Shown: positions 36,540 to 46,718 of the stretch, piece after piece
Layout: each line of letters opens with the position of its first letter
Numbering within the stretch: position 1 is the stretch's first letter
Assembly (NCBI GenBank): GCA_035285865.1
Contig: JAYKHS010000007.1
Span: forward strand, 32,001-96,000
Direction: 5' to 3'
DNA length: 64,000 bases
From: Candidatus Sericytochromatia bacterium
GTDB taxonomy: Bacteria; Cyanobacteriota; Sericytochromatia; S15B-MN24; VGJW01
Program-made: the position numbers and the translations under genes
Notes under the pieces: model-generated
Told to the model about the DNA's origin: nothing
The model's input: only the letters and a program-made list of their open reading frames with translations
Databases searched by the model: none

Positions 36540-36568
36540 TTGACGCTGACGCCGCGGCTGCCTACGAT
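36540..36568 (+). promoter_or_regulatory. Sigma70-type promoter of the ankyrin gene
   Basis: TTGACG, 17-nt spacer, TACGAT. Confidence 0.6.
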
Positions 36569-36626
36569 ATCTTTAACGCCTCATTAATGCGTTCTTCATC
36601 AGATACCTTTTACGGAGTGCCCGTTC

Positions 36627-37235
36627 ATGAATAAGTTTCGTGCGGTGGTGATGGCGGTTGCCCTCGGCAGCGTGGCCGCCTGTGGCCAGGTCTCCCCCGT
36701 GGCTCAGGGACAGGCCGTCACGGTCCTGTCGGCCCGCTCGGCGGCGACCGAAGCGCGGCTCCTCGATGCCGCAGGCAAGGGTCAGACCGAGTCTGTCCGC
36801 GCCCTGCTTGATCAGGGTGCGCGGGTCGATGCCCAGAACGGCAATGGCTACACGGCCCTCGCCCTCTCGGCTTGGCGCGGCCATCAGTCGACCGTCGCCC
36901 TGCTGCTGTCCCGCGGTGCGCAGGTCAACCTCGCGACCGAGGACCGCAAGACGCCGATCCACTGGGCGGCCGTGGCCGGCCATGCGGGCATCGTCCGGGA
37001 TCTCGCCGCGGCAGGCGCCCTCGTCGACAACCGTGACAAGGATGGCTGGACCCCCCTCGCGTGGGCCTCGTTCAATGGCAAGGTGGAAGTCGTGCGGGTC
37101 CTTATCGCTGCGGGAGCAGACGTCAATGCCCGCAACGACCGCGGCACGACGGTGCTCGAGCTGGCGCGCAACGGCGGCTTCCTGCTGCCCAACTTCGAGT
37201 TGCTGCGCATCCTCCGCGAGGCCGGCGCACGCTAA
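36627..37235 (+). CDS. Ankyrin-repeat lipoprotein
   Basis: Lipobox VAAC; 4-5 ankyrin repeats (GYTALALSA, KTPIHWAA, GWTPLAWAS). Confidence 0.92.
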   Translation: MNKFRAVVMAVALGSVAACGQVSPVAQGQAVTVLSARSAATEARLLDAAGKGQTESVRALLDQGARVDAQNGNGYTALALSAWRGHQSTVALLLSRGAQVNLATEDRKTPIHWAAVAGHAGIVRDLAAAGALVDNRDKDGWTPLAWASFNGKVEVVRVLIAAGADVNARNDRGTTVLELARNGGFLLPNFELLRILREAGAR

Positions 37236-37249
37236 GCCCCGCCTCTGGG

Positions 37250-37278
37250 GGGCCGGCTCTCGCGCAGGGGGCCGGCCC
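37250..37278 (+). terminator. Possible terminator hairpin
   Basis: GGGCCGGC...GCCGGCCC followed by TT. Confidence 0.45.
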
Positions 37279-37365
37279 TTCGTCCGTTTTGCGGACAGGC
37301 AGGGCACTTGACCAGTCAGGGAGTCATCCCCGATGATCTCGCCTGTACCAGAGGAGTCTGCCCCG

Positions 37366-38730
37366 ATGTCCCATCCCTTTCGCAAGGCCGGAGCGTGGTC
37401 CGCCGCTTTGATGAGCGTGGCTGCCTGCACCGCCACGCCGCCCGCCCTCAAGCCCGCGACCGAACTCGCCGGGACCGGCTCCCCCTTGGTCGTCACCCGC
37501 GAAGAGCAGATCCAGGCCATCAAGGACACGGTCTCTGCCGCACAGGGTCTCAGCCGCAAAATGTCGGGCGGCGGTGCCTCGGCTCTGAACAGCGCCCCGG
37601 GTAGCCTCAAGGACAGTGGCACTTCGGCGCTCAACAATACGGCAGCCCTGAACAATACCTCAGCACTCAACAACACGGCGGCACTCAACAATACGGCCGC
37701 CCGCAGGATCCTTGCGGCGGATGTCGCCGGTCGCCTGACGCAGGCCGCAGCCACGTGGAAAGCCGATGCCTCGGCCTCGTTCTCCGTGGACTACGACGCG
37801 ACCACCCGACAGATCACCGCGCTCTCGGGTTCGGACTGGCGGATCGGCATCGGCATCGAGGGCGGTGGCACGCCCGCACGCCGCGCCCAGGCCTCCCTGC
37901 AGAACCTGCCGGACAACTCCAGGGTGGACTTGGCCCTCGGCATCCGTGCCGACACGTGGACGGCCTTCCCCTTCGGTGTAGAGACGGCGACGGATGGCAG
38001 CACGTCTTCCGTGATGCCGTTTGAACTCTTCTACAACCAGCTGCCCGACCTGGGCACGCTGCAGCAGGTGTCCGTGGATGCCGGCGTCCTCTTCGGGGGG
38101 GATGCCGACAAGAGCGCCAGCCTCAAGGTCGTCGCCGAGGAGTTCAAGGACGCAACCGGAGTGCTTGCGGATTCACCCTCACCGGATGCGTCGGCCTCAA
38201 CCGCTGCCGCACCGCTGCGTCTGCCCCACCGGCTCTCGGTCAGGATGACCAGTTCAGGCAACGCCATGGACATGGCCATGACCATGAAGCCGACCGATAC
38301 CTACGTGGAGATGGACCTGAAGGGCACGGTGGCCCTGAAAATGCCCAATGGCAAGGCACTCGAGTGGACCGTCGCCAACCGCATCCAGATCGACCCGAAG
38401 CGCGAGGCCAGCGACCGCCTGGAGGTCGACTGGACCCTGCCCGCCAAGTCCATCCGCTTCACCGGCACGGGCACGGCTGCCCCCGATGGCACCGTCACGA
38501 TCGACGGCCGCTTCGTCTCGACGATCGATGGCACGGAGCTGGGTCGGACCCGCTACACCACGACGGACAAGGACTCCTCGGGCGGCGTGCTTTCTCCCGC
38601 GGTCCTGTTCCCGGACGCGAGCACGCTGGAGCTCAAGGGCGAGGACTTCGTCGACCTCGGTCCCTACGCCGACAAGCCGGCCTCGGGCAGCTTGAACCCC
38701 ATCGAACCGGCCACGACCAGCGCGAACTAG
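37366..38730 (+). CDS. Hypothetical lipoprotein with ALNNT(A/S) repeats and beta-rich C-terminus
   Basis: GAGGAG SD; lipobox VAAC. Confidence 0.8.
   Translation: MSHPFRKAGAWSAALMSVAACTATPPALKPATELAGTGSPLVVTREEQIQAIKDTVSAAQGLSRKMSGGGASALNSAPGSLKDSGTSALNNTAALNNTSALNNTAALNNTAARRILAADVAGRLTQAAATWKADASASFSVDYDATTRQITALSGSDWRIGIGIEGGGTPARRAQASLQNLPDNSRVDLALGIRADTWTAFPFGVETATDGSTSSVMPFELFYNQLPDLGTLQQVSVDAGVLFGGDADKSASLKVVAEEFKDATGVLADSPSPDASASTAAAPLRLPHRLSVRMTSSGNAMDMAMTMKPTDTYVEMDLKGTVALKMPNGKALEWTVANRIQIDPKREASDRLEVDWTLPAKSIRFTGTGTAAPDGTVTIDGRFVSTIDGTELGRTRYTTTDKDSSGGVLSPAVLFPDASTLELKGEDFVDLGPYADKPASGSLNPIEPATTSAN
37624..37698 (+). repeat. Degenerate 18-bp coding repeat, (S/A)ALNNT x4
   Basis: SALNNTAALNNTSALNNTAALNNTA with synonymous variation between copies. 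Confidence 0.8.
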
Positions 38731-38746
38731 CATTCCCGTATCGACA

Positions 38747-38782
38747 AGAGCCCCTGCAACCCATATGGATTGCAGGGGCTCT
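38747..38782. terminator. Hairpin between convergent genes
   Basis: AGAGCCCCTGCAA...TTGCAGGGGCTCT. Confidence 0.7.
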
Positions 38783-38799
38783 CCCGTTTCAAGTCAGAC

Positions 38800-39765
38800 T
38801 CAGATCTTCGGCACGACGGCCACGCGCAGGCCGCCCATCTTGACGTAGCTGTAGGGCATAAGGAAGTAACCACCCGCGGCCCAATCGCTGCCCCACGAGT
38901 TCCGGATGACGAGGACCTGCTTCTTGTCGTCGTAACCGACGGCCAGAACCGCATGGCCGCCCATGAACTTGTCGTTTTCGGTCGGGATCGGCATCAACCC
39001 GTCCTTGCCAGTCTTGCCGATGCTCTGGAAGACCATCATGCCGAGCAGCACGGGCATGCCCTTCTCGAGGCTGGTCCGCACGGCAGACAACTTGGTGGCC
39101 ACGCTGAAACCCGAGACGATCCGCTTCTTCTTGGCTGCGGCCACGAGATCGGACCCGGGCTTGCGAGAGAGAAAATCCTGACGCAGCTTTGCATCTTCCT
39201 GGCCCTTGGCGTCCAGATAGGGGAACGCGGCCTCATCGACGGTACCCAGGTTGTCGAGCATCTTGGTCGCCAGCTCCATCGGAGCACCCGAATCCTCGTT
39301 GCGCATGCCCATGGCCGCACGCGTCTGGTACCACGTGTAGGCCGGGGACTGGGGCTCGTCGTTGCCGCGCTTGCGCAGCAGGAACTCCTGCAGACCCTTG
39401 ACGGTGGCGAAGGACGTGCAGCTGCCGAACTGCCCCTGATTGGCCACCGGACTGCACTGACGCCGCAGGTCGACGCTCACGGGGCGGCTGGCCATCGTCT
39501 CGAAGCCGATGAGACCCCTGCCATCCTCGCCATCGAGGCTCACGCCCTTGGCACCCTTGAGGTCGGCACCGAGCCCGAACTTGAATCCAGCCCGCCGCCT
39601 GCCATCAAGCAGGGAGAGCTCGTCCATCTCGGCTGCGCGCGACATCATGGCCGCAGAAACGGGCTGGCCGAGGCCGGGTGCCATGGTGGCCGAGGGCGCG
39701 CCGCAACCGGCAAGGGCCGAGAGGGCGAGCAAGCCGGGAAGCATGATTCGGGTGCGGGTCTTCAT
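38800..39765 (-). CDS. Papain-family (C1A) cysteine peptidase lipoprotein
   Basis: Lipobox LAGC; NQGQFGSCTSFA, GGHAVLAVGY, RNSWG. Confidence 0.93.
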   Translation of the reverse strand: MKTRTRIMLPGLLALSALAGCGAPSATMAPGLGQPVSAAMMSRAAEMDELSLLDGRRRAGFKFGLGADLKGAKGVSLDGEDGRGLIGFETMASRPVSVDLRRQCSPVANQGQFGSCTSFATVKGLQEFLLRKRGNDEPQSPAYTWYQTRAAMGMRNEDSGAPMELATKMLDNLGTVDEAAFPYLDAKGQEDAKLRQDFLSRKPGSDLVAAAKKKRIVSGFSVATKLSAVRTSLEKGMPVLLGMMVFQSIGKTGKDGLMPIPTENDKFMGGHAVLAVGYDDKKQVLVIRNSWGSDWAAGGYFLMPYSYVKMGGLRVAVVPKI

Positions 39766-39810
39766 ATCGGGTCATCGCCCGGGATGCACCCGCGGATTCT
39801 TGTCCCGAGG

Positions 39811-40926
39811 TTAACTCATGGCCAAGGATGAACCAAGGCGACGACGTCCCGCCTCGGCCCAGTCATCCCAAAGCCCCAGCCATACCGCGAGGATCGCCGG
39901 ACCGAGGAACAGTCCCAGCAGCCCGAAGATCGCAAGCCCCCCCAGGATGGCGAAGAAGGTCTGCAGGTACGGCAACCGTGTCGCATTGGCAATCACGAGG
40001 GGACGCACGAAGTTGTCCACGGTGCTGACCAGCAGGAAACCCCAGGCCAGCAACGCCACACCTTGGAGCAGGTTGCCCGTCACGAGCAAGGCCAGCGACG
40101 TCGGAATCCAGACGAGGGTCGCCCCGAAGGGCAGCATCGCCATGACGGCCGTCGCCACGCCGAGCAGGGCCGGAGCCTTGATGCCCACGAGACTGTAGCC
40201 GACGGCCGCGACCAATCCCTGGGAGATCGCTGCCCCGATGACACCGGCGAAGACGGCACGCAGCGCATCCCGCATGGGCTGTGCGAGCCGCACTGCCCGC
40301 TCCCCGAGCAGATGCGTGGCCACGGCACGGGCCTCGCGGGTGTAGCGCTCGCCGTTGCGGAAGATGAAGAACAGCGTGAAGAGCGCCAGCCCCCCCTGCA
40401 GGAAGCCCTTCAGGAAGCTGGCCAAGATGAGGCCACCCGGTCGGAGCAACGGCAGCACCACCTCGCGTCCCATGAAGCCACCCTTGCGAATGGCTGCCTG
40501 AAGATCCTGATAGCCCGCGGCGGCACCCGGAAGCTGCTCAAGCATGGGCGGCAGGGGCGGGGGAGCCTGCCAGTGGCGCATGAAGGCGTCATAGGTCGGC
40601 CCGACCTCCCGTGCCAAGGATGAAACGATGACGCCCGCAGGCAGCAGCAACACCGCCGCCACGAGCAGCACCGTCGCGCCGGCGGCGAGGTTGACCCGCC
40701 CGCGGAACATGTCCCTGATGCGGCTGTAGAGGGGCCAGCTGATGGCCGCCAGCACGAAGGCCCAAGTGATGGCCTCCCAGAGCGGCCGAAGCAGGATGGC
40801 CGTCAGCAGGATCAAGGCCCCGATGGCCACCGGCCAAGCCAAGGTTGGCGGCAGCAGCCTGTCACCGAACGGTCGCAAGCCGGTCGTCGGGGCACCGGGC
40901 CCGGGGGTCACTTCGGGTTGTTCCAT
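39811..40926 (-). CDS. AI-2E family transporter
   Basis: Multi-TM; LPFGATLVWIP, VDNFVRP, GGLAIFGLLGLFLGP. Confidence 0.9.
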   Translation of the reverse strand: MEQPEVTPGPGAPTTGLRPFGDRLLPPTLAWPVAIGALILLTAILLRPLWEAITWAFVLAAISWPLYSRIRDMFRGRVNLAAGATVLLVAAVLLLPAGVIVSSLAREVGPTYDAFMRHWQAPPPLPPMLEQLPGAAAGYQDLQAAIRKGGFMGREVVLPLLRPGGLILASFLKGFLQGGLALFTLFFIFRNGERYTREARAVATHLLGERAVRLAQPMRDALRAVFAGVIGAAISQGLVAAVGYSLVGIKAPALLGVATAVMAMLPFGATLVWIPTSLALLVTGNLLQGVALLAWGFLLVSTVDNFVRPLVIANATRLPYLQTFFAILGGLAIFGLLGLFLGPAILAVWLGLWDDWAEAGRRRLGSSLAMS

Positions 40927-40972
40927 GGGGTTCCTGTCACGATGCACCTCGGCACGGGCCCATCGTACCCCC

Positions 40973-41791
40973 TCAGGGGCGAGTCCAAGGCGCGGCCCCC
41001 TGCATCATGTCCCCGAGGATCCCCGACACCAGGGCCGGCTGCCGCCACGGCACGGCGTGACCGCAATCAGGCGCCACGACACGATCGGCCAGGCCAGCCG
41101 TGCGGGCCATGATCGTCTCGTCATCGCCACCGATCAGCAGGCGAGTTGGACAAGCCGGAGCTTCCGTGACGCGGGTGCCGCGATGGTCCGCCCAGCACAC
41201 CAGCAGCCTCCCGAGCGCCTCCCCGCGCACACGCGCAGCCATCAGTCCGACCGTCGCACGCTCGCGCCCTGCGAGCAACGGCTGGGCATCCCAATCGGCA
41301 AGCACGGTGACGCGGTCCTCCGCACCGAACCGCGAGGCCCACGCCTCGAGCCATGTCTCCCGACCGGGCTGGCCCTCCGCAGCCGAGCGGCCAGGAGCAC
41401 ATGAGACGCCCAGCACCCCCTTGCATGCCGGTCCGAGGCGGCGGGCCAGATGCCACGCGACGCGTCCACCCATGGAGTAACCGCAGAGCAACGGTTCGCG
41501 CAGGCGGTCCCCGCAGACCCCGACAAGGTCGCCGAGGAAAGCTGCCGGGCCATCCTCGTCGGCGGCAAGCCAGGCCGTCGCACCCGACCCAGGCAAATCG
41601 GGGGCGAGGATGGTCCAGTCGACCGGCAGACGTGAGGCGACTCCCTCCCACATGCCCCCCGGCCAGCTGAAACCGGGGAACAGCAGCACCGTCGGGCCTG
41701 CGCCCCCCTCGAAGGCCCAGAGGCCGATCCTGCGCCCGCCGGCTGCGAAGACCTCGGAAGGCCGCAGGCGCGGGGAGGCTTCAGCCGCCAA
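40973..41791 (-). CDS. Alpha/beta hydrolase (MenH-like)
   Basis: PDLPGSG, GYSMGGRVA, CGHAVP. Confidence 0.78.
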   Translation of the reverse strand: MAAEASPRLRPSEVFAAGGRRIGLWAFEGGAGPTVLLFPGFSWPGGMWEGVASRLPVDWTILAPDLPGSGATAWLAADEDGPAAFLGDLVGVCGDRLREPLLCGYSMGGRVAWHLARRLGPACKGVLGVSCAPGRSAAEGQPGRETWLEAWASRFGAEDRVTVLADWDAQPLLAGRERATVGLMAARVRGEALGRLLVCWADHRGTRVTEAPACPTRLLIGGDDETIMARTAGLADRVVAPDCGHAVPWRQPALVSGILGDMMQGAAPWTRP

Positions 41792-43007
41792 GCAGCTTGG
41801 TGACGACGCCCCTCAGGCCGTCGCCGAACAGGCCCTGGAACATGCTGTTGCCCAGCATGTAGCCCAGCGTGGTGGCGGCGAAGCCGATGGCGAAGAAAGG
41901 CAAGCCGGCCGTGATGCCGAATCCGGCGGCGACGGCCAGAGCGCCGCCCGAGAAGATGGCCCCGAGGCCGCCCCCCACGAACCCCCCCGCCGTATCGGCG
42001 ACGACCGCCCCGATGGTCTCGGGCAGGCCCTGACGGCCCGTCAGCATCATGTAACCGTTCTGCACCAGCGAGAGCACGCCGGCGAAAACACTGGAAACCT
42101 TGGCGGCCTTGAACGCGCCCTGCGCGATCTGCTTGAAGCCGGCCTTGATGACATTCCAATTCCACGGCTTGGCGGCCTTGGCCGCATCGCCGGCTGCCTT
42201 GGCGGCATCCCCGGCAGCCTTGGCTGCGTCTCCCGCCCCCTTGACCGAGCGCCCCGCCTGACCTGCGGCAGCACGGCCGGCATCACCGGCTCCGCGGGCG
42301 GCACTCGTCGGGCCACCCGCCCCGCCGGGGGCAGCCCCGCGCGCGGCACCGGACGCACCCCTTCCGGCCGCAGACGCACCACGGCCTGCAGCAGAAGCGC
42401 CGCTTGCGGCACCACCGCCCGCAGCACCCGACCCTCCACCGGCGGCCATGGGCGGGGATCCGGAGGCCGCACCTGCTCCCTGCGGGGGACGAAGCCAGCG
42501 CGCACGCACGACCTCGACATCCTGAATCCGTTGCATGCCGGCCGGCGTCCTCAGGACACGGCTGTTCGTTACGACACGCTTCCCGAGGTCCTTGGGCAGC
42601 GTGGCCATGCCATCGAGCGCACCACGAACGGGCACGGCACCAGCTGCTCCGCCACGCGCGGCACTGCCCGCCGCCGAGTGCACGGCCCGTCCGGCGTTGC
42701 CCGCAGCCTCGCGAACGGCGGTCGCAGCCCCCCCGGAGCCTGCCTGCCGGGCGGCTTCGACGGCGCGTTCCGCCACGTCACGGATGGGCTGGGCGCTGCC
42801 GCCCACCGAGCCTACGCCCTTGGCTACCGTCTGCCAGCCCTCGATGACCTCGCTGGGCGTGAATACGTCGCGGGCGTGCTGCATCAGCTTTTCGCCGCCC
42901 GGCCCACGCGCGAAGTCGCCCGCCCGTCGACCGGCAGCACCGGCGATGTCCTTGAGCCTCGCCCAAGCACCTTGGGCGAAGTTCGAAAGGCCTTGGCTAT
43001 CCATCAC
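41781..43007 (-). CDS. Gly/Ala-rich low-complexity protein with C-terminal glycine-zipper membrane helices
   Basis: AGDAAKA x3 repeat; GGFVGGGLGAIFSGG hydrophobic helices; no signal peptide. Confidence 0.7.
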   Translation of the reverse strand: MMDSQGLSNFAQGAWARLKDIAGAAGRRAGDFARGPGGEKLMQHARDVFTPSEVIEGWQTVAKGVGSVGGSAQPIRDVAERAVEAARQAGSGGAATAVREAAGNAGRAVHSAAGSAARGGAAGAVPVRGALDGMATLPKDLGKRVVTNSRVLRTPAGMQRIQDVEVVRARWLRPPQGAGAASGSPPMAAGGGSGAAGGGAASGASAAGRGASAAGRGASGAARGAAPGGAGGPTSAARGAGDAGRAAAGQAGRSVKGAGDAAKAAGDAAKAAGDAAKAAKPWNWNVIKAGFKQIAQGAFKAAKVSSVFAGVLSLVQNGYMMLTGRQGLPETIGAVVADTAGGFVGGGLGAIFSGGALAVAAGFGITAGLPFFAIGFAATTLGYMLGNSMFQGLFGDGLRGVVTKLLGG

Positions 43008-43188
43008 ATGGGTGCTATCCCCGAAATGGCCGGAGAGGTCGGTTAACGAAGCCTCAAACCTGCATTAAGGCTAACCGGACCGAGGTTTGCCGACCCCGGC
43101 AAAACCGTGTTAGCATCGGCCTTGGAGGGCGTCGCAGCCGTGCGTCCGCCCGCGTCGCCCCCGCAGGTCCCGTCCCAGGAGCGCCCCA

Positions 43189-44532
43189 TTGTCCGTCTCG
43201 GAAGTCCAGCGTTACCACACCCTCATCGACGAGGCAGCCTTGCCCGCCTCCGAACTGTCCGCTTTCCTGGACCGCATTCGCGAGGCGCGGGTGACCTTCG
43301 GGGAGCGGGTCAGTTGCCACTACTTCCGGCCCCAGATGCTGACGCCTGCCCAGTACGAGCAGATCCGCCGGGTGGTCCGGCACATCTGGTCCGCCCTCGA
43401 GAAGTTGGCTCCCGTCATCGCGGGGCGCGACGACCTGCAGGATCGCCTGGGCCTGACGCCCCGCGAGCGCGAGTTGGCTGCGATCGACCCGGGCTACCGT
43501 CGGGTCAGTCCGATGGCGCGCTTCGACAGTTTCCTCGTGGACGACCGCCTGAGCTTCGTCGAGCTCAATGCCGAATGCCCTGCCGGGCCGGCCTACACCG
43601 AGGTGCTCGCGGGCGTGTTCCTCGACTGGCCGCTGATGCACAGCTTCCAGCAGGACTTCGACGTGCGTCCATTCGAGACGCGCAGGCGCCTGCGCGAGAC
43701 CCTGCTCGCGACCTATGCCGAGTGGGGCGGAGATGGCAAGCCCGTCATCGCCATCGTCGACTGGAACGACGTGCCCACGTACTCCGAGTTCGAACTGTGC
43801 AAGGAGTATTTCACCTCCGAGGGTCTCGAGACGCACATCGCCGATCCACGGGAGCTGACCTACGACGGCGAGCGCTTGCGCACCAAGGACGGTGTCGCCA
43901 TCGACCTCGTCTATCGGCGGGTCCTGACCAACGAGTTCCTCGAGAAGTTCGACGAAGTGCAGCCGATGCTCGAGGCCTACCGCGACCGCAAGGTCTGCGT
44001 CATCAACCCCTTCCGCAGCAAGTACCTGCACAAGAAGGCCATCTTCGCGCTACTCACGGCCGAGGACCTGCAGCACCTCTTCACGCCCGAAGAACAGAAG
44101 GCCATCCGGGCCCACATCCCCTGGTCGCGCATCCTGACCGAGATCCGCACGGAGCACGACGGCGAGGCCATCGATCTCGTGTCGTGGAGCAAGGCCAATC
44201 GCGAGCGACTGGTGCTCAAGCCCAATGACGAATACGGCGGCAAGGGCATCCACATCGGCTGGACGCTCGATCAGGCCGCGTGGGAACAGGCCGTCGACGA
44301 TGCGGTCGACCAGGATTATCTGGTCCAACAGGCCGTCGAGGTCGCCTACATGGACTTCCCCACGTGGACGGGGGAAGGCCTCGCCTTCCAGCGCCAGCTC
44401 GTCGATCTCGACCCTTATGTCTTCGAGGGCGAGGTAGAGGGCATCCTCACCCGTCTGTCCGCCTCGGCCCTGGCCAATGTCACGGCAGGCGCCGGCATCG
44501 TCCCCACGTTCGTCGTCTCACCACGGAGCTAG
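43189..44532 (+). CDS. Circularly permuted (type 2) ATP-grasp protein
   Basis: ARFDSF, FVELNAECPAG, DLVYRR, VLKPNDEYGGKGI; AGGAG SD before TTG. Confidence 0.85.
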   Translation: MSVSEVQRYHTLIDEAALPASELSAFLDRIREARVTFGERVSCHYFRPQMLTPAQYEQIRRVVRHIWSALEKLAPVIAGRDDLQDRLGLTPRERELAAIDPGYRRVSPMARFDSFLVDDRLSFVELNAECPAGPAYTEVLAGVFLDWPLMHSFQQDFDVRPFETRRRLRETLLATYAEWGGDGKPVIAIVDWNDVPTYSEFELCKEYFTSEGLETHIADPRELTYDGERLRTKDGVAIDLVYRRVLTNEFLEKFDEVQPMLEAYRDRKVCVINPFRSKYLHKKAIFALLTAEDLQHLFTPEEQKAIRAHIPWSRILTEIRTEHDGEAIDLVSWSKANRERLVLKPNDEYGGKGIHIGWTLDQAAWEQAVDDAVDQDYLVQQAVEVAYMDFPTWTGEGLAFQRQLVDLDPYVFEGEVEGILTRLSASALANVTAGAGIVPTFVVSPRS

Positions 44533-44536
44533 ACCC

Positions 44537-45667
44537 ATGTTCGAGCAGTTCACGCTGGGCGTCGAAGAGGAATACCAGATCGTCGATCCCGTCACCCGGG
44601 AGCTGCGCAGCCACATCTCGGTGATGATGGACGAGGGGAGCGTCCTGCTGGGCGAGCACGTCAAGCAGGAGATGCACCAGTCCGTGGTCGAGGTGGGGAC
44701 CGGAATCTGCAAGAATGTCGCCGAGGCCCGGGCCGACGTGGTCAAGCTGCGCCGCATCGTGTCGGACCTGGCCCGCAAGAACGGGTTGGGGATCGCGGCG
44801 GCCGCGACGCATCCGCTCAGCGACTGGGCCCAGCAGGACATCACGGAAGCGCCCCGCTACCACGCCCTCGTCGAGGATCTTCAGGACATCGCCCGCGGCA
44901 ACCTGATCTTCGGGCTGCACGTGCACGTGGGCATCGAGAACAACGACCAAGCCATCGAGTTGTTCAACCAAGCCCGTTACTTCTTGCCGCACATCCTCGC
45001 GCTCTCCTGCAGCTCGCCCTTCTGGGTCGGCCGTAACACCGGCCTGAAGAGCTACCGCTGCTCGGTCTTCAAGCGCTTCCCGCGCACGGGCATCCCGGAT
45101 GCCTTCGAGTCCTACAGCTCGTTCGATCGGTACGTGAAGACCCTCATCGAGACCGAGTGCATCGACAACGGCAAGAAGATCTGGTGGGACCTGCGGCCCC
45201 ATCCGTTCTTCAGCACCATCGAGTTCCGGGTCTGCGACATCCCGACCAGCGTCGATACGACCATCGCCATCACGGCGCTCATCCAGGCCCTCGTCGCCAA
45301 GCTCTACACCTTGCGGACGCAGAACATGCAGTTCCGCGAGTACCCCCGTGCCCTCATCGAGGAGAACAAGTGGCGCGCCAGCCGGTACGGGTTGGACGGG
45401 AAGATGATCGACTTCGGCAAGAACAAGGAAGTCCACACCAAGGATCTGATCCACGAACTGATCCAGTTCGTGGACGACGTGCTGGATCCGCTTGGCTCGC
45501 GTTCCGAGGTCGAAAACATCTACCGCATTCTGGATCAGGGCACCGATGCGGACCGTCAGCTCGAGGTCTTCAGGGAATCGGGCGGTGACGTCAAGGCCGT
45601 CGTCGACCACATTCTGGCACAGACCATGGTGGGCGTCCCCGAGCGGGCGGAGATTCCGCTGCTTTGA
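44537..45667 (+). CDS. Carboxylate-amine ligase (YbdK/GCS2 family)
   Basis: TLGVEEEYQIVD, FGLHVHVG, SSPFW, FPRTGIP, IWWDLRP, IEFRVCD, ENKWRASRYG. Confidence 0.94.
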   Translation: MFEQFTLGVEEEYQIVDPVTRELRSHISVMMDEGSVLLGEHVKQEMHQSVVEVGTGICKNVAEARADVVKLRRIVSDLARKNGLGIAAAATHPLSDWAQQDITEAPRYHALVEDLQDIARGNLIFGLHVHVGIENNDQAIELFNQARYFLPHILALSCSSPFWVGRNTGLKSYRCSVFKRFPRTGIPDAFESYSSFDRYVKTLIETECIDNGKKIWWDLRPHPFFSTIEFRVCDIPTSVDTTIAITALIQALVAKLYTLRTQNMQFREYPRALIEENKWRASRYGLDGKMIDFGKNKEVHTKDLIHELIQFVDDVLDPLGSRSEVENIYRILDQGTDADRQLEVFRESGGDVKAVVDHILAQTMVGVPERAEIPLL

Positions 45668-46692
45668 AAACCCGTCTCGACCTCGTGGCCTTCGACGAGG
45701 ATCTCAGGCCTGGTGCCGCGAACGCGGTGCGGACCTGCCTGAAGGTGCGTGAGGGAGAGCGGGTCACGCTGATCACCGATCGGGACACCATGACGGTGGC
45801 CGCGTGTCTCTTCGACGAACTCAAGGCCGTGGGCGCCGACGTGTCGGACTTCGTGGTTGAGGACTACACGCTGCGCCCGATGGGGCATACGCCGCGGGAG
45901 ATCCTGGAGAGTGTCGCCCAGAGCGGGGCCACGCTCTACGCAGTCAAGCCGCGTCCCGGCGAGGTGCCCAGCCGCGCCGAGGTGATCAACCTCGCGACCC
46001 GCAAGAAAGTCCGTTATGGGCACATGGTGGGCATCACGGAGCAGATCATGCGCATGGGCATGCGCGCCGACTTCGATCGCATCAACCGGATGTCGCTCGG
46101 CCTGAGAAGAATGCTCTCGGAGACCCGCGTCATCCGCGTGACCTCACCGGCGGGCACCGACCTCGAGGTCGAGCACGATCCCCTCAAGTACACGTGGATC
46201 AAGACCTCGGGGCTGATCTCGCGGGATGCCTGGGGCAACTTGCCCGGTGGTGAGATTTTCACCCATCCGTCCCTCGTGCGTGGCGTCTGGGTCTGCGACG
46301 GCCCCGCTGGGGACTATTTCAGTTCCAAGTACGGAGACCTGGTCGCAACCCCGATGAAGGTCGAGATCACGAACTCACGCATTCGCAAGGTCTCCTCCGA
46401 CCTCGAGGGTCTGGCGCAGGAGTTCTGGGACTACGTCAACGACGCCCCCAACGCCAACCGCATCGGCGAAGTTGCCGTGGGCACCAACATCGGCGTCACC
46501 GAATTCACCGGCAATCTGCTTCAGGACGAGAAGATTCCCGGTTTCCACATCGCCTTTGGCGAACCCTGCGGGGTGCTGACCGGTGCAGACTGGTCCAGCC
46601 CCGCCCATATCGATCTCCTGGCCCGGGGATGCAACATCTGGCTGGATGGCCAGTGCATCATGGCCGACGGGGTGTTTCTGATCGACGGTTGA
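45664..46692 (+). CDS. M29-family (aminopeptidase T-like) metalloaminopeptidase
   Basis: GNLPGGEIF, GEVAVGTN, LQDEKIPGFHIAFG, HIDL; TTGA overlap with the upstream gene. Confidence 0.88.
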   Translation: MKTRLDLVAFDEDLRPGAANAVRTCLKVREGERVTLITDRDTMTVAACLFDELKAVGADVSDFVVEDYTLRPMGHTPREILESVAQSGATLYAVKPRPGEVPSRAEVINLATRKKVRYGHMVGITEQIMRMGMRADFDRINRMSLGLRRMLSETRVIRVTSPAGTDLEVEHDPLKYTWIKTSGLISRDAWGNLPGGEIFTHPSLVRGVWVCDGPAGDYFSSKYGDLVATPMKVEITNSRIRKVSSDLEGLAQEFWDYVNDAPNANRIGEVAVGTNIGVTEFTGNLLQDEKIPGFHIAFGEPCGVLTGADWSSPAHIDLLARGCNIWLDGQCIMADGVFLIDG

Positions 46693-46718
46693 TTGGCCCC
46701 AACGGGCACGGAGGAAGC

